DNA from: Chloroflexota bacterium
GTDB taxonomy: Bacteria; Chloroflexota; Dehalococcoidia; DSTF01; JACRBR01
Direction: 5' to 3'
DNA: 64,000 bases
Assembly (NCBI GenBank): GCA_037444005.1
Contig: JBBING010000003.1
Span: 15,006-79,005 of the forward strand
The position numbers and the translations under genes were made by a program. The notes under the pieces were generated by a model that ran no database searches, had not been told where the DNA came from, and was given only the letters and a program-made list of their open reading frames with translations. Of this stretch, positions 46,782 through 59,014 are shown in pieces (position 1 is the first letter of the stretch; the number at the start of each line of letters is the position of its first letter).

Positions 46782-47390
46782 GTGAGAGCCGGCGTACTCG
46801 CCCTGCAAGGCGACTTCGAGGAACACGTGTCGATGCTCCGGCGCCTCGGCGTGGAGGCCGTCGAGGTGCGATTGCCGCAGCATCTCGAAGGGCTCGACGG
46901 CATCATTCTTCCCGGGGGCGAGAGCACGACCATCGTTCGCCTTATCGACGAGTACGGCCTGCGTGAGCCGCTGCGCAAGTTCGCGGAAGCGGGCGGCGCC
47001 CTCTGGGGCACCTGCGCCGGCATGATCGTGCTCGGGCGCCGCGTGCCTGACCTCGACCGGCCGCCACTGGGATTGATGGACCTGACGGTTCGCCGCAACG
47101 CGTTCGGCAGGCAGATCGATAGCTTCGAGGCGTGGGTCGAGGTGCGCGGGATGGACGGCGGGCCGTTCCCGGCCGTCTTCATCCGCGCGCCGCGCATCGA
47201 GGAGGTGGGACCCGAGGTCGACGTGCTGGCGACGCTAGACGACGGCACGATGGTCGCGGCGCGCCAGGGGAGCATGCTCGCGACCGCGTTTCATCCGGAG
47301 CTGACGGACGATACGAGATTCCACCGCCTGTTTCTCGAGCTCGCGAGCGGCGCCCGGGGCGGGGCTCGCCTCGCGGCGGGGACGAGTTGA
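46782..47390 (+). CDS. pdxT: Pyridoxal 5'-phosphate synthase glutaminase subunit PdxT
   Basis: GTG start 6 nt after a TACAAT (leaderless-like). VRAGVLALQGDFEEH..., catalytic GTCAGMI, C-terminal FHPEL. Confidence 0.9.
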   Translation: MRAGVLALQGDFEEHVSMLRRLGVEAVEVRLPQHLEGLDGIILPGGESTTIVRLIDEYGLREPLRKFAEAGGALWGTCAGMIVLGRRVPDLDRPPLGLMDLTVRRNAFGRQIDSFEAWVEVRGMDGGPFPAVFIRAPRIEEVGPEVDVLATLDDGTMVAARQGSMLATAFHPELTDDTRFHRLFLELASGARGGARLAAGTS

Positions 47391-47434
47391 GCGCCGGCGC
47401 CAGATCGACCCGACAGGAGGTCGAACCGAGGGGA

Positions 47435-48376
47435 ATGCCTAGCGCGCGCGCGCCGCTGCCCACGGACCTCGTGGCGCTGGTCCTACACGACGGCCGGCGT
47501 TGTCCCAACGAAGCCGTCACCTGGGATCGCATCGGAAAGGGGGACGCCCCAGGGCCGCTGGAGACGGCGGTCGAGCAGTGGCTGTCGTTCGCCACGGGCC
47601 GGCACACGTGGATCAGCGTGAAAGGGCGCACGCTCCGAGGGCTGGCCTCGGCGCGCGTCCGCGGGTCGCGGCAGGCCTGGGAGATCGACTGCCTGATCGA
47701 CGCGGCCGAAGACGACGAGGGCGTGCTCATCAACCTGCTCGACCGAGTGGTCGCCGACGCTGGACGCTCCCGGGCCGAGAAGGTCTTCGTCCGACTGGAT
47801 GCGGCGAGCGCCGCGCTGGACACGGCGCTGCGCTGCGGCTTCTCGATCGTCTCGACCGAGGGGCTGTACTACCGCCCGAACCCTGCGCCGGTGGACCCGG
47901 CCCACGCCGACCCCGGGTGGCGGCGCCGCCTCAAGACCGACGCCTACGCTCTGTACCGGCTGTACAACGCCGCAGTGCCGGAGTCGGTGCGCCGTGTCGA
48001 AGCGGCGACGCTGCCCGAGTGGGTGGCGGCGCAGGAGCGGCTGTCGGCGCCCCGGCGCACGCACCAGTTCGTGGTCGAGCGCGACGGCCGCGTGCTGGCG
48101 TGGGCGCGAACGGCGGTGGACGGCGACGTCGGACGCTTCCAGGTGGTGGCCGCGCCCGGCGAGCCCGAACTTTTGGACCGGGTGTTGCACGCCGCCATTC
48201 TGCGCCTGGCTCAAGCGTCTGCCCTCTACACGCTCGCGCCGCTCTACGACGGGGCGCTGATCCGGCGCCTGGAGGACCTGGGATTCGGACGGATCACCGA
48301 GTTCGCGGTGCTGGCGCGGAGGACCGCCGAGACGGTGAAGGCCCCGCGGTTCGCGCCGGCAAACCTTGTGGGATAA
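47435..48376 (+). CDS. Hypothetical protein, tandem GNAT-like fold (acetyltransferase-like)
   Basis: 313 aa. Two repeats resembling GNAT C-terminal halves ([13 protein letters not shown]; [19 protein letters not shown]). No firm family assignment. Confidence 0.5.
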   Translation: MPSARAPLPTDLVALVLHDGRRCPNEAVTWDRIGKGDAPGPLETAVEQWLSFATGRHTWISVKGRTLRGLASARVRGSRQAWEIDCLIDAAEDDEGVLINLLDRVVADAGRSRAEKVFVRLDAASAALDTALRCGFSIVSTEGLYYRPNPAPVDPAHADPGWRRRLKTDAYALYRLYNAAVPESVRRVEAATLPEWVAAQERLSAPRRTHQFVVERDGRVLAWARTAVDGDVGRFQVVAAPGEPELLDRVLHAAILRLAQASALYTLAPLYDGALIRRLEDLGFGRITEFAVLARRTAETVKAPRFAPANLVG

Positions 48377-48386
48377 GAGGAACGGT

Positions 48387-49976
48387 ATGCCTGTACAGCG
48401 TGAAATCACCGATGACCTCGACGCGCTGCTGGACGCGCTGCCGCCGCATATCAGCAGGCCGCTGCGCGAACGGAAGGATAATTTCGAGCTGCTCGAGGTC
48501 GTGATGGACCTGGGACGCCTCCCCGAAGCGCGCTACCCGGGGCGCGACGTCGTGCTCTCCGACGGCGAGGTCACGGAGGCCGACATCGAATACGTGGTCT
48601 CGCGCATCGGCGAGTTCGGTGACGACAACCGGGCCGGCATCGAGCGGACGCTGCACCGCATCTCGTGCATCCGGAACCGCCGGGGCAGGATCGTGGGCCT
48701 GACGTGCCGCGTCGGACGCGCGGTCTTCGGCACCATCCGCATCATCGAGGACCTCGTCCGGACGGGGAAGAGCATCCTGCTGCTCGGAAGGCCGGGTGTC
48801 GGCAAGACCACGATGTTGCGGGAGGTCGCCCGGGTGCTCGCCGACGACATGAACAAGCGGGTGGTCATCGTCGACACGTCGAACGAAATCGCCGGCGACG
48901 GCGACATCCCGCACCCGGGGATCGGGGCGGCGCGACGCATGCAGGTGGCTCACCCGTCGCTCCAGCACGCCGTGATGATCGAGGCCGTTGAGAACCATAT
49001 GCCCGAGGTCATCGTCATCGACGAGATCGGCACGGAGCTCGAAGCGCTGGCGGCGCGCACCATTGCCGAGCGTGGGGTGCAACTCGTCGCCACGGCGCAC
49101 GGGAACGAGCTCGAGAACCTGATGATGAACCCGACGCTCTCCGACCTCATCGGCGGCATTCAGTCGGTGACGCTGAGCGACGAAGAGGCCCGCCGCCGGG
49201 GCACGCAGAAGTCGATCCTCGAACGCAAGGCGCCGCCGACCTTCGACGTCGTCATCGAGATCCAGTCGTGGGACCGCGTGGCGGTGCACCGCGACGTCGC
49301 TGAAACGGTCGACTCGATCCTGCGCGGGTACCCCATCGCGCCCGAGGTGCGCGAGATCGGCGAAGACGGCGAGGTGCGCATCGTGTCCGGCCCCGGCGTC
49401 CCGCGGGAGCGGCGCGGCGCACGCGAGGCGCCCCTGCCCGGAGGGAACGGCGAGCGCCGGACCCCCGTTCGGTTGATCTATCCCTTCGGTGTGTCGCGGA
49501 AGCGCCTGGAGCAGGCCATCCGCCAGACGGGGTCTCCCGTGGGCATCGCGGAACACCTGTATGAGGCGGACACCGTCCTGACGCTGAAGAACTACTACCG
49601 GCGGAAGCCGCAGGCGCTGCGGGAGGCCGAGGCGAGAGGCATTCCGGTCTATGTGCTGAAGAGCAACACGCTGCTGCAGATCGAGCAGTCGCTCCTGTCG
49701 ATGCAGGAGACGGTGCGGCGCGGTGGCGATCCCGTGGCGCGGGCGATGCGTGAGGCCGAAGACGCCATCGGCGAGCTGATGAGCGAGGGCACGAGCGGGG
49801 TGGTCGAGCTCTCACCGCAGAACGCGTACATCCGCCGCCTGCAGCATCAGATGGCGCAGCGCTACAACGTCGCGTCGCGGTCCGTGGGCCGGGAGCCGTT
49901 CCGGCGCGTGCAGATCTACCGCTTGCCCGCCAACGAGCAACCGCTGTTCAGCACGGACGAGGGCGAAGAGGAATAA
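48387..49976 (+). CDS. R3H-domain AAA-type ATPase (Ycf45/SpoIIIAA-like)
   Basis: AAGAGGAA RBS. Walker [10 protein letters not shown], Walker B VIVIDEIG and a C-terminal R3H-like region. Confidence 0.8.
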   Translation: MPVQREITDDLDALLDALPPHISRPLRERKDNFELLEVVMDLGRLPEARYPGRDVVLSDGEVTEADIEYVVSRIGEFGDDNRAGIERTLHRISCIRNRRGRIVGLTCRVGRAVFGTIRIIEDLVRTGKSILLLGRPGVGKTTMLREVARVLADDMNKRVVIVDTSNEIAGDGDIPHPGIGAARRMQVAHPSLQHAVMIEAVENHMPEVIVIDEIGTELEALAARTIAERGVQLVATAHGNELENLMMNPTLSDLIGGIQSVTLSDEEARRRGTQKSILERKAPPTFDVVIEIQSWDRVAVHRDVAETVDSILRGYPIAPEVREIGEDGEVRIVSGPGVPRERRGAREAPLPGGNGERRTPVRLIYPFGVSRKRLEQAIRQTGSPVGIAEHLYEADTVLTLKNYYRRKPQALREAEARGIPVYVLKSNTLLQIEQSLLSMQETVRRGGDPVARAMREAEDAIGELMSEGTSGVVELSPQNAYIRRLQHQMAQRYNVASRSVGREPFRRVQIYRLPANEQPLFSTDEGEEE

Positions 49977-49987
49977 CACGGCGCGCG

Positions 49988-51139
49988 TCAGTGCGCGGCC
50001 TCCGACCGCAAGGGGCGCCGTACGGCCCGCTCCCAGACATCCCACGCAGGCTTCGGCGAGCCGTCTTCCCGGCGGAGACCCACGTAGCGAAACGTGTCTA
50101 ACGGTGGGTCGGTCGCGTACGGAAGGTCCCACGCGGCCAGCCAGACGACGAACCGCATCTTCAGAGCCTCGGCCTCGAGCAGGATACGGACGAGGAACTC
50201 CTCCTGCAGGGGCTCCGTGCCCAGATTCAGCCCCCGTCGTCCGGGACCGGAGGAATATCCCATCTCCGCGATGGCGAGGGGCAGGCCCGTCCGACGCTGC
50301 GCGCGTGTGTAGTAGTCGGCGGGGATCGCCTTCACGCGCTGATAGGCCAGACTCGGAAACGTGGAGATGGCGAACAGGTCGAGCCGACCGCCGAAGCGCG
50401 CGACCAGGTCCCAGTCGGGCGGGTGCTCCTCCACTGTCGGCAACACGCCGTTGAGGTCTTCGTACTGGAAGGTCACGAAGACTGCGGTCTCCGGCGAGGT
50501 CTCCTTTACGGCGTCGTAGATCCTGCGGTACACCTCCACGAACGCTTCGAAGTCGTCCGGGTGGATGCGGGCGTACAGGTTGATGTCGGTGGCCACGGCC
50601 AGGTACCGGGGGCGATAGTTCTTGACGACGTATTCAGCGTAGGTGAACAGCGCGTGCTGGATGTCGGGGTGGGCGAATCCCGCCCCTCGCAGTCGCTCGG
50701 GCAGCCCGGCCAGCCGGCCCCGGTCGAGAGGGTCGGTCGGGTCGATGGCGAAGAAGAGGCCGAGGCCTCGTTCTCGGATGAGCGACCGCTCGCGCTCCGT
50801 GATGGAGGCCGTTTCGTCGGAGATGCGGCCGCCAGGCAAGACCTCTTCCCACGGGGGCGTGCGCTTGACGAGCACGATCTCGCCCGCCTGGGCGGCGAGA
50901 TCCATGACGCGGATGTATCCGTCGTCCGTGAGCTCCAGGGGCAGCGAGCTGATCCCCATTTCGAAGGGGCGCGGAGGGCCCTCCGCGACGCGTGTCGGGG
51001 TGGAAGCCGGGGAGGGGGCGACGTCGCGGCACGCGGCGAGGGAGAGGGATGCGAGGGTCGCGATGACGAACGCGAAAGCCTTCGGAAAACCCGTCCACGC
51101 GGCGCGCCCGGTCGTACAGGGGATGCGCGCGACCATCAT
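49988..51139 (-). CDS. Putative glycoside hydrolase lipoprotein (clan GH-A-like TIM barrel)
   Basis: Signal peptide plus lipobox (LASLSLAAC) and an IAEMGY nucleophile-like motif. Confidence 0.5.
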   Translation of the reverse strand: MMVARIPCTTGRAAWTGFPKAFAFVIATLASLSLAACRDVAPSPASTPTRVAEGPPRPFEMGISSLPLELTDDGYIRVMDLAAQAGEIVLVKRTPPWEEVLPGGRISDETASITERERSLIRERGLGLFFAIDPTDPLDRGRLAGLPERLRGAGFAHPDIQHALFTYAEYVVKNYRPRYLAVATDINLYARIHPDDFEAFVEVYRRIYDAVKETSPETAVFVTFQYEDLNGVLPTVEEHPPDWDLVARFGGRLDLFAISTFPSLAYQRVKAIPADYYTRAQRRTGLPLAIAEMGYSSGPGRRGLNLGTEPLQEEFLVRILLEAEALKMRFVVWLAAWDLPYATDPPLDTFRYVGLRREDGSPKPAWDVWERAVRRPLRSEAAH

Positions 51140-51621
51140 CGTGCCGATGCGGGAAGCGTGCGCGGCGCCGGGGTCACGCCGTCCCGGTGGGTGGTGTCGG
51201 GCACGGTGCGCTCGAAGCGAATCCGTGGCGCGCGCTCGCGATAGGCGTCGCAGCCGGCCTGGTCGAGGCGGGCGATCTCCTCGACGCACCGCCGCAGGTC
51301 CGCGACGAGCCGCGCCACGTCGACGCCGAGGTACGCGGGAGCGAACGGCTCCAGCTTCGCGATGGCGAGCGGCAGGAGCTTGAGGGCGCCTGCAGGTTCG
51401 CGGCGGGCGAGATGAACGAACGCCGCCGCCGCCTGAATGACGCCCTGGAAGAACTGCCTCACGGGCCAAGGGGAGACGAACCACAGGTCTTCCAGCGTCT
51501 CGTGCGCCTCGAACCAGAACCCCAAGTTGAACTCATCGAGCGCCTTCCAAAGTTCGGGGAGGCGCTCGATCACCTCGGCGTCGGTGAGCAGGACGGCGTT
51601 ACGTCGGCGCGCGGTGGCCAT
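51136..51621 (-). CDS. DUF309-like protein (AHExLExLW motif)
   Basis: FWFEAHETLEDLW motif. The ATG at 51621 has a GGGGAG RBS; an upstream ATG at 51675 lacks one. Confidence 0.6.
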   Translation of the reverse strand: MATARRRNAVLLTDAEVIERLPELWKALDEFNLGFWFEAHETLEDLWFVSPWPVRQFFQGVIQAAAAFVHLARREPAGALKLLPLAIAKLEPFAPAYLGVDVARLVADLRRCVEEIARLDQAGCDAYRERAPRIRFERTVPDTTHRDGVTPAPRTLPASAR

Positions 51622-51755
51622 GTTCCGGCTCCCCGTGTCCATCCGGCCGTTGTCCGTAGCGTTTACCTCGGTCATTCTAGGCCCGCGATAGGTCCGGCGC
51701 GAAGGGCGCCGGGCGCAGATGAGTCGTGTGAACGCAGCGTCGAGCGGAGGAGACG

Positions 51756-52787
51756 ATGAAGGCAGCGCGAATTCATGAGTCCGGCGGTGTCGAAAGCTAC
51801 GTGTACGAGGACGCCCCCGACCCCGTTGCGGGGCCCGGTGAAGTCCGCGTACGCGTCCGGGCCGTGGCCCTGAACCACCTCGAGGCGTGGGCCGCCAAGG
51901 CGCCGCCGGGCGCGAAGTACGACCCCCCGCGCATTCTCGGGGCCGACGTCGCGGGCGAGATCGACACCGTCGGGCCCGGCGTGACCCACGTGAAGCCGGG
52001 CGACGCCGTGATGGTGCACCCGGGCGTGAGCTGCGGCCACTGCCTCGCGTGCCTTCGCGGAGAAGACAACCGCTGTCGGGAGTACCGGCTCCTGGGCCAG
52101 GGTCGCGACGGAGGGCTCGCTGAATACGTGGTCGTGCCGGCGGTCAACGTGTTCCCGAAGCCTGATCGGCTCTCCTTCGAGGAGGCGGCGTCCATCCCCC
52201 TCGTCTTCGTGACGGCGTGGCACATGCTGATGGACCGGGCCAAGCTGCGGCGAGGCGACGTCGTGCTGGTGAACGGCGCCGGCTCGGGCGTGGGGTCGGC
52301 GGCGATCCAGATCGCGCGCCTGCACGGCGCCGGGCGGATCATCGCGACGGCGGGCTCGGCGGCGAAGCTCGAGAAGGCGCGGGAGCTCGGGGCCGACGAC
52401 GTCATCGATTACACGAAGGCCAGGGTCGACGAGGAGGCGCGGCGGCTCACAGGGGGCCGGGGCGTCGACGTCGTCGTGGAGCACGTCGGGGGAGAGATCT
52501 TCGAGGCTTCGGTGCGGGCGCTGGCGCCCGATGGCCGCCTCGTGACGTGCGGCGCCACCGCCGGCCCGAACGCCACGCTGAACGTGACGCGGTTCTTTTT
52601 AGCGCACCAGACGATCCTCGGTTCTTTTATGGGGCGCAAGGAAGAGCTCTTGCAGGCGATGCCGTACTTCGAGCGGGGCGAACTCCGTCCGGTGGTCGAC
52701 CGCGTCTATCCGCTCTCGGAAATCAGATCCGCGGTCGCGCGGATGCTCAACCGGGAGCAGTTCGGCAAGATCGTCCTCGTGCCGTGA
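51756..52787 (+). CDS. Zinc-dependent alcohol dehydrogenase (MDR family)
   Basis: GGAGG RBS. Structural and catalytic Zn motif GHCLACLRGEDNRC and an NAD(P) motif GAGSGVGSAAIQ. Confidence 0.9.
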   Translation: MKAARIHESGGVESYVYEDAPDPVAGPGEVRVRVRAVALNHLEAWAAKAPPGAKYDPPRILGADVAGEIDTVGPGVTHVKPGDAVMVHPGVSCGHCLACLRGEDNRCREYRLLGQGRDGGLAEYVVVPAVNVFPKPDRLSFEEAASIPLVFVTAWHMLMDRAKLRRGDVVLVNGAGSGVGSAAIQIARLHGAGRIIATAGSAAKLEKARELGADDVIDYTKARVDEEARRLTGGRGVDVVVEHVGGEIFEASVRALAPDGRLVTCGATAGPNATLNVTRFFLAHQTILGSFMGRKEELLQAMPYFERGELRPVVDRVYPLSEIRSAVARMLNREQFGKIVLVP

Positions 52788-52793
52788 CGTGCG

Positions 52794-53000
52794 TCAGTCG
52801 TCCGCGGGAGGCTCGATGGGAGTGGTGACCAGCGCGCGGCCGATCCAGAACGCCACGTAGAGCGCGCCCAGGAACCCGGCGGTGACGGGGATGGCCAGCG
52901 CCATGTAGCTCCGCCGGAGCACCCCACCGAGGAAGACGATGCCCGTGAGCACGCTGAGGACGCAGATGATCATGCCGTACGTGCGGGACCGCTGGGCCAT
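52794..53000 (-). CDS. Small hypothetical membrane protein (2 TM)
   Basis: 68 aa with an AGGAG RBS 9 nt upstream of the ATG. Two hydrophobic helices. Confidence 0.4.
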   Translation of the reverse strand: MAQRSRTYGMIICVLSVLTGIVFLGGVLRRSYMALAIPVTAGFLGALYVAFWIGRALVTTPIEPPADD

Positions 53001-53082
53001 GACGGGGGCTCCTGTCGCCATCGCATTCCGTCCTGCGGAAGTGGGGTCGACGAGCGCGGCTCGCCGGCAGGCAGCGTTATAG

Positions 53083-55004
<1,922 letters not shown>

Positions 55005-55136
55005 CGGGCAGTCTCCTCGCGGCGAAGCTGTCCGCTATGGTAGCGCCCGCCCGGCGAAGGCGATAGCGGCGCTGGCGCCGTGGCTCGCCTTTCGCGCACA
55101 ATAGCGCCACATCGAACACAGGAGGAGACGGGCGCG

Positions 55137-56375
55137 ATGGAGAAGCGGAGGCTCGGCATCGGGTTCGTGGGAGCGGGTTTCATGAACCGCTTCCACGTGC
55201 AGAGTCTGGTCGGCGTGCGCGACGCCGACGTCGCCGGCGTCTTCAGCCCCACCCGTCAGCGAGCCGAGGCGCTGGCGGCGCTCTCGAAGGAGCTGGCAGT
55301 AGGTGAGCCCAAGGTCCACCGTTCGGTGACGGACCTGGTGGCGGACCCGGCCGTCGACGCTATCTGGATCGCGGCGACCAACGACACGCGCGTCGAAATC
55401 GTCGAAGAGATCGTGGACGCTGTCCGCTCGGGGAAGGGCGAGCTCGTGGGCGTCGCCTGCGAGAAGCCGCTCGCGCGGAATGTGGCCGAAGCCCGACGCA
55501 TGGTCGAGCTCGTCGAACAGACCCCGTTGCTCCACGGCTATTTGGAGAACCAGGTCTTCGCGCCGAGCGTTACCCGCGGGAAAGAGATTATCTGGCGACG
55601 AGCCGTGCCCATCGCCGGGCGTCCGTATCTCGCGCGAGCGGCGGAGGAGCACAGCGGGCCGCACATGCCGTGGTTCTGGGACGGCCGGCGTCAGGGCGGG
55701 GGCGTCCTCAACGACATGCTGTGCCACAGCTACGAGGTCGCGCGCTTCCTGCTCACGGCGCCGGGCGAGCCGCGCGAGGCCCTGACGGTCGAAGAGGTGA
55801 GCGCGCAGATCGCGTCCCTCAAATGGACACGGCGGGAATACGCCGAGGCGCTCCGGGAGATGACCGGCGGCCTCGTCGACTACGCCACCGCTCCGGCGGA
55901 GGACTTCGCGCGGGCGGCCGTGCGTCTTCGCGGTCCGAACGGCGAACGGCTGCTGGTCGAAGCCACGACATCGTGGAACTTCGTGGGCGCCGGGCTGCGT
56001 CTGCGCACAGAGCTCCTCGGCCCGGAATACGCCATGCAGATCGATAGCCTCAACACCGATCTCACGGTGTTCATGAGCCGGCGGGTTCAGGGTGAAGCGG
56101 GGGAGGACCTGGTCGAAAAGCAGAACGCCGAGCAGGGCCTCATGCCTGTCGTCGCCGACGAGCCTGCGACCTACGGGTACACGGCGGAGAACCGGCACAT
56201 GGTCCGATCGTTCCTGGAGGGACGCATGCCCGACGAGACCTGGCGAGACGGGCTCGCCGTCGTCGAGGTCCTCATGGCCTGTTACAAGTCGGCTGAGGAG
56301 GGGCGCTCGGTGCCGTTCCCGGTGGATTTGGGCGACTTCGTGCCGGCCGTGGCGCAGGGACGGTGGAAGGCGTAG
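55137..56375 (+). CDS. Gfo/Idh/MocA family oxidoreductase
   Basis: AGGAGGAG RBS. N-terminal Rossmann motif LGIGFVGAGFMNRFHV and a conserved EKP motif (VACEKPLA). Confidence 0.88.
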   Translation: MEKRRLGIGFVGAGFMNRFHVQSLVGVRDADVAGVFSPTRQRAEALAALSKELAVGEPKVHRSVTDLVADPAVDAIWIAATNDTRVEIVEEIVDAVRSGKGELVGVACEKPLARNVAEARRMVELVEQTPLLHGYLENQVFAPSVTRGKEIIWRRAVPIAGRPYLARAAEEHSGPHMPWFWDGRRQGGGVLNDMLCHSYEVARFLLTAPGEPREALTVEEVSAQIASLKWTRREYAEALREMTGGLVDYATAPAEDFARAAVRLRGPNGERLLVEATTSWNFVGAGLRLRTELLGPEYAMQIDSLNTDLTVFMSRRVQGEAGEDLVEKQNAEQGLMPVVADEPATYGYTAENRHMVRSFLEGRMPDETWRDGLAVVEVLMACYKSAEEGRSVPFPVDLGDFVPAVAQGRWKA

Positions 56376-56944
56376 CTGTCCCCGCGGGCAGTTCCCCGCC
56401 AGACCCTGGGGCGCGCGAGGTTGGCCCCATTGGTCATCTCGCCGCGGCGGCTGTCGCGGTCGCCGGGGCGCTGGTCGCGGCTCCTGTGGCGGTCATCGAA
56501 GAGCTCTCGTCCGGACTCGGGTTGCTGCTCCTGCCCTTCGTCGCAGCGCCGACGATCGAGGAGATTCTGAAGCCCGCCGGCGTGTATTTGCTTCTCGTCC
56601 GCTGGCCGCGTCTCGTGCGAGGGCAGCTCCACGCGGCGCTCCTGGCCGCGCTGGCGGGCTTCTCGTTCGGGCTGCTGGAGAGCGCCGCGTTCGTCACGGT
56701 TTCCGTCGATGAGCCGGCGCGAGCGTTCGTCGCGTACCGGTTCACCGCTCCGATCGCGATGCACGCGACGGCGAGCTTCATCGCTGGTTCGGGCATCGGA
56801 CCCGACCTCATCGCGTGGGCGAGGAGCGGTTCGGCGCTGCCGCGGAGGACGGTCTGGCGCTTCGGCGCGGCCATCGCGCTCCACGCGGCGTACAACGTGA
56901 CCGCGGTGGCGCTGGCGCTGAGCGGAGCGCTCGACTTCGGTTAG
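56363..56944 (+). CDS. PrsW-family intramembrane protease-like protein
   Basis: A multi-TM protein carrying EExxK (IEEILKPAG), FxxxE (FGLLESAAF) and HxxxN (ALHAAYN) motifs. Confidence 0.6.
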   Translation: MEGVAVPAGSSPPDPGAREVGPIGHLAAAAVAVAGALVAAPVAVIEELSSGLGLLLLPFVAAPTIEEILKPAGVYLLLVRWPRLVRGQLHAALLAALAGFSFGLLESAAFVTVSVDEPARAFVAYRFTAPIAMHATASFIAGSGIGPDLIAWARSGSALPRRTVWRFGAAIALHAAYNVTAVALALSGALDFG

Positions 56945-57996
56945 GGGCCTTCGCCGGCGGGTTCCACCGGGACTTCGCATCCCTCAGCGGCGGAACGGTA
57001 CGCGGCTTCCAGGATGCGTTGGACGTTGATGGTCTCGGCGGGCCTCACGGCGGGCTCGGCTTCGCCGCGAAGGACCTGCACCCAGTGCGCCATCTCGCGC
57101 TCGTACATCCGGGTCTCCGCGACCTGGAGCCGCTCATCGGCGGGGATGCCCTCGCGGTTACGGTAGATCACGGGCGGATGGGTCGTGGCGCCCGCTTCGT
57201 CGCCGCACAGCGTCACGTTGAAGACCTGCTTCTCGATGTGAGCGGCCCAGGTCGCCCGGACGAGCAGCGTGGCGCCGTTGGCGAAGCGCACCAGCGCGAC
57301 GGCAAAGTCCTCGACGTCGAACCGCTCGGGGTCCCAGGCGTTCCGGAACATGCGGGCGATGTCGGGCCGATGCCCGAACCGGCGTTGCATCGACGCTGAC
57401 ACGCGCGCTGGCTCGGGGTTCCCCATGAGCCAGATCGCCAGGTCGAGCATGTGCACGCCGATGTCGAGGAGCGCCCCGCCGGCCGCGTGGGAGGACTGGT
57501 GAAACGTGCCCCACGTGGGAATACCCATCCGGCGCATCGCTGTTGCTTCGGCGTAGTAGATGTCGCCGAGGTGCCCCGCCTGCGCCACTCGGTGGATGGC
57601 GCGCGGTCCGGCGTCGAAGCGGAAGCTTTGCGCAGCCATGAGGATGCGGCCGTGGCGGGCGGCCGCGGTGAACATCTCGCGGGCCTCGGCGGCGGTGACC
57701 GCGAGGGGCTTTTCGCACAGGACATGGGCGCCCGCCTCGAGCGCCGCGAGCACCGGCTCTCGGTGGAACCGGTTGGGCACGCAGACGCTCACGGCGTCGA
57801 GCCGCTCGTTCGCCAGCATCTCGCGCCAGTCGGTGTGCACGCGGGGGATGTCGTACTGCTCGGCGAGCGCCCGCGCAGGCTCGGGGTTGATGTCGCAGAT
57901 GGCCGTGACCCGCTGCCCGGCCGCGCGGAAGCCGGGCAGGTGCACCACCCGGGCGGCCCAGCCTGCGCCGACGATCCCGATCCTCAGTTCGCTCAT
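56941..57996 (-). CDS. Gfo/Idh/MocA family oxidoreductase
   Basis: Rossmann motif RIGIVGAGWAARVVHLPG and the EKP motif (LCEKPLA). GGAGG RBS. Confidence 0.88.
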   Translation of the reverse strand: MSELRIGIVGAGWAARVVHLPGFRAAGQRVTAICDINPEPARALAEQYDIPRVHTDWREMLANERLDAVSVCVPNRFHREPVLAALEAGAHVLCEKPLAVTAAEAREMFTAAARHGRILMAAQSFRFDAGPRAIHRVAQAGHLGDIYYAEATAMRRMGIPTWGTFHQSSHAAGGALLDIGVHMLDLAIWLMGNPEPARVSASMQRRFGHRPDIARMFRNAWDPERFDVEDFAVALVRFANGATLLVRATWAAHIEKQVFNVTLCGDEAGATTHPPVIYRNREGIPADERLQVAETRMYEREMAHWVQVLRGEAEPAVRPAETINVQRILEAAYRSAAEGCEVPVEPAGEGP

Positions 57997-58811
57997 GCGC
58001 CTCCGCCTTCCGGGGTTCCCTGCAGCCGTTCGAGCAGGCGTTTCGCTGCGAGGATGCCCTGACGTTCGGGGAGTCGTTCGCCCTCGTACTCGATGCCGAC
58101 GTACCCGTGATAGCCCGCGCCTACGACGATGTCGAGCATGCGGGCGAAATCGATGGTCGTCTCGTTGCCGTCGGGGCCGAAATCGTAACACTTAGCGCTG
58201 ACGGCCTTGGCGTACGGCATCAGCTTCGCGATGGCCTCGTACCGGTCGACTTCCGGCGGGAAGTTCCCGAAATCAGGCAGCGTTCCGAACCAGGGGGAAT
58301 CGACGGCCTCCACGAGCGCGGCAAGCCAGTCGGGATCGGACGAGAGGCCGCCGTGATTCTCCACGAGCACGCTGACTCCCGACGCGCGGGCGTAGTCCAC
58401 CAGCGCGGAGAAGCTCTCGACGCAACGCTCCAGGGCGCTATCATCCCCCGGGCGCGCGCCGGTGTTGCACCGGATCGAGTCGCACCCGAGCACCGCCGCA
58501 ACGTCGACCCACTTATGGTGGTTCCTGGCGGCGAGGAGCCGTCGCTCTCGCTCCGGCGCCGCCATGCTTCCCTCGCCGTCGCACATGATGAGCAGCAACC
58601 TGACGCCCCGGTCCTCGGCCCGGCGCCGCAGCTCCTTCAGATAGGCGTACTGCGGCGACGGGAAGAAGGTGTTGACCAGCTCCAGCGCTTCGATGCCGAA
58701 ATCGGCGCACAGATCGACCATGCCGAGCTGATCGATCTCGCGGGCGAAGAACATGCGATGCATGGACCAGGCGGCGAGCGAGATACGGAACCGAGGGACG
58801 GACGCGCTCAC
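57993..58811 (-). CDS. Sugar phosphate isomerase/epimerase (xylose-isomerase-like TIM barrel)
   Basis: AP-endonuclease-2/XI TIM-barrel signatures (LVENHGG, GYHGYVGIEYEGE). GTG start with an AGGAG RBS. Its stop overlaps the downstream start (ATGA). Confidence 0.8.
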   Translation of the reverse strand: MSASVPRFRISLAAWSMHRMFFAREIDQLGMVDLCADFGIEALELVNTFFPSPQYAYLKELRRRAEDRGVRLLLIMCDGEGSMAAPERERRLLAARNHHKWVDVAAVLGCDSIRCNTGARPGDDSALERCVESFSALVDYARASGVSVLVENHGGLSSDPDWLAALVEAVDSPWFGTLPDFGNFPPEVDRYEAIAKLMPYAKAVSAKCYDFGPDGNETTIDFARMLDIVVGAGYHGYVGIEYEGERLPERQGILAAKRLLERLQGTPEGGGA

Positions 58812-59014
58812 AGCGGAAGCTCTCCTGAGCGAGGCCCTGATTCGTGGGCCTAGCATACGGCGTGTCGCGGCGTGAGTCATCTGCCGGAAATTGCGGCGCC
58901 TGTACCGCGAAATAATGCATTTTCCCCACGACTGACATCGTGAAAATCGAAACAATGTAGCCGCCGGTCGGCAGCCGGGGCCGATGCGCGTCCCGGAGCG
59001 AAGACGAGGAGAGC

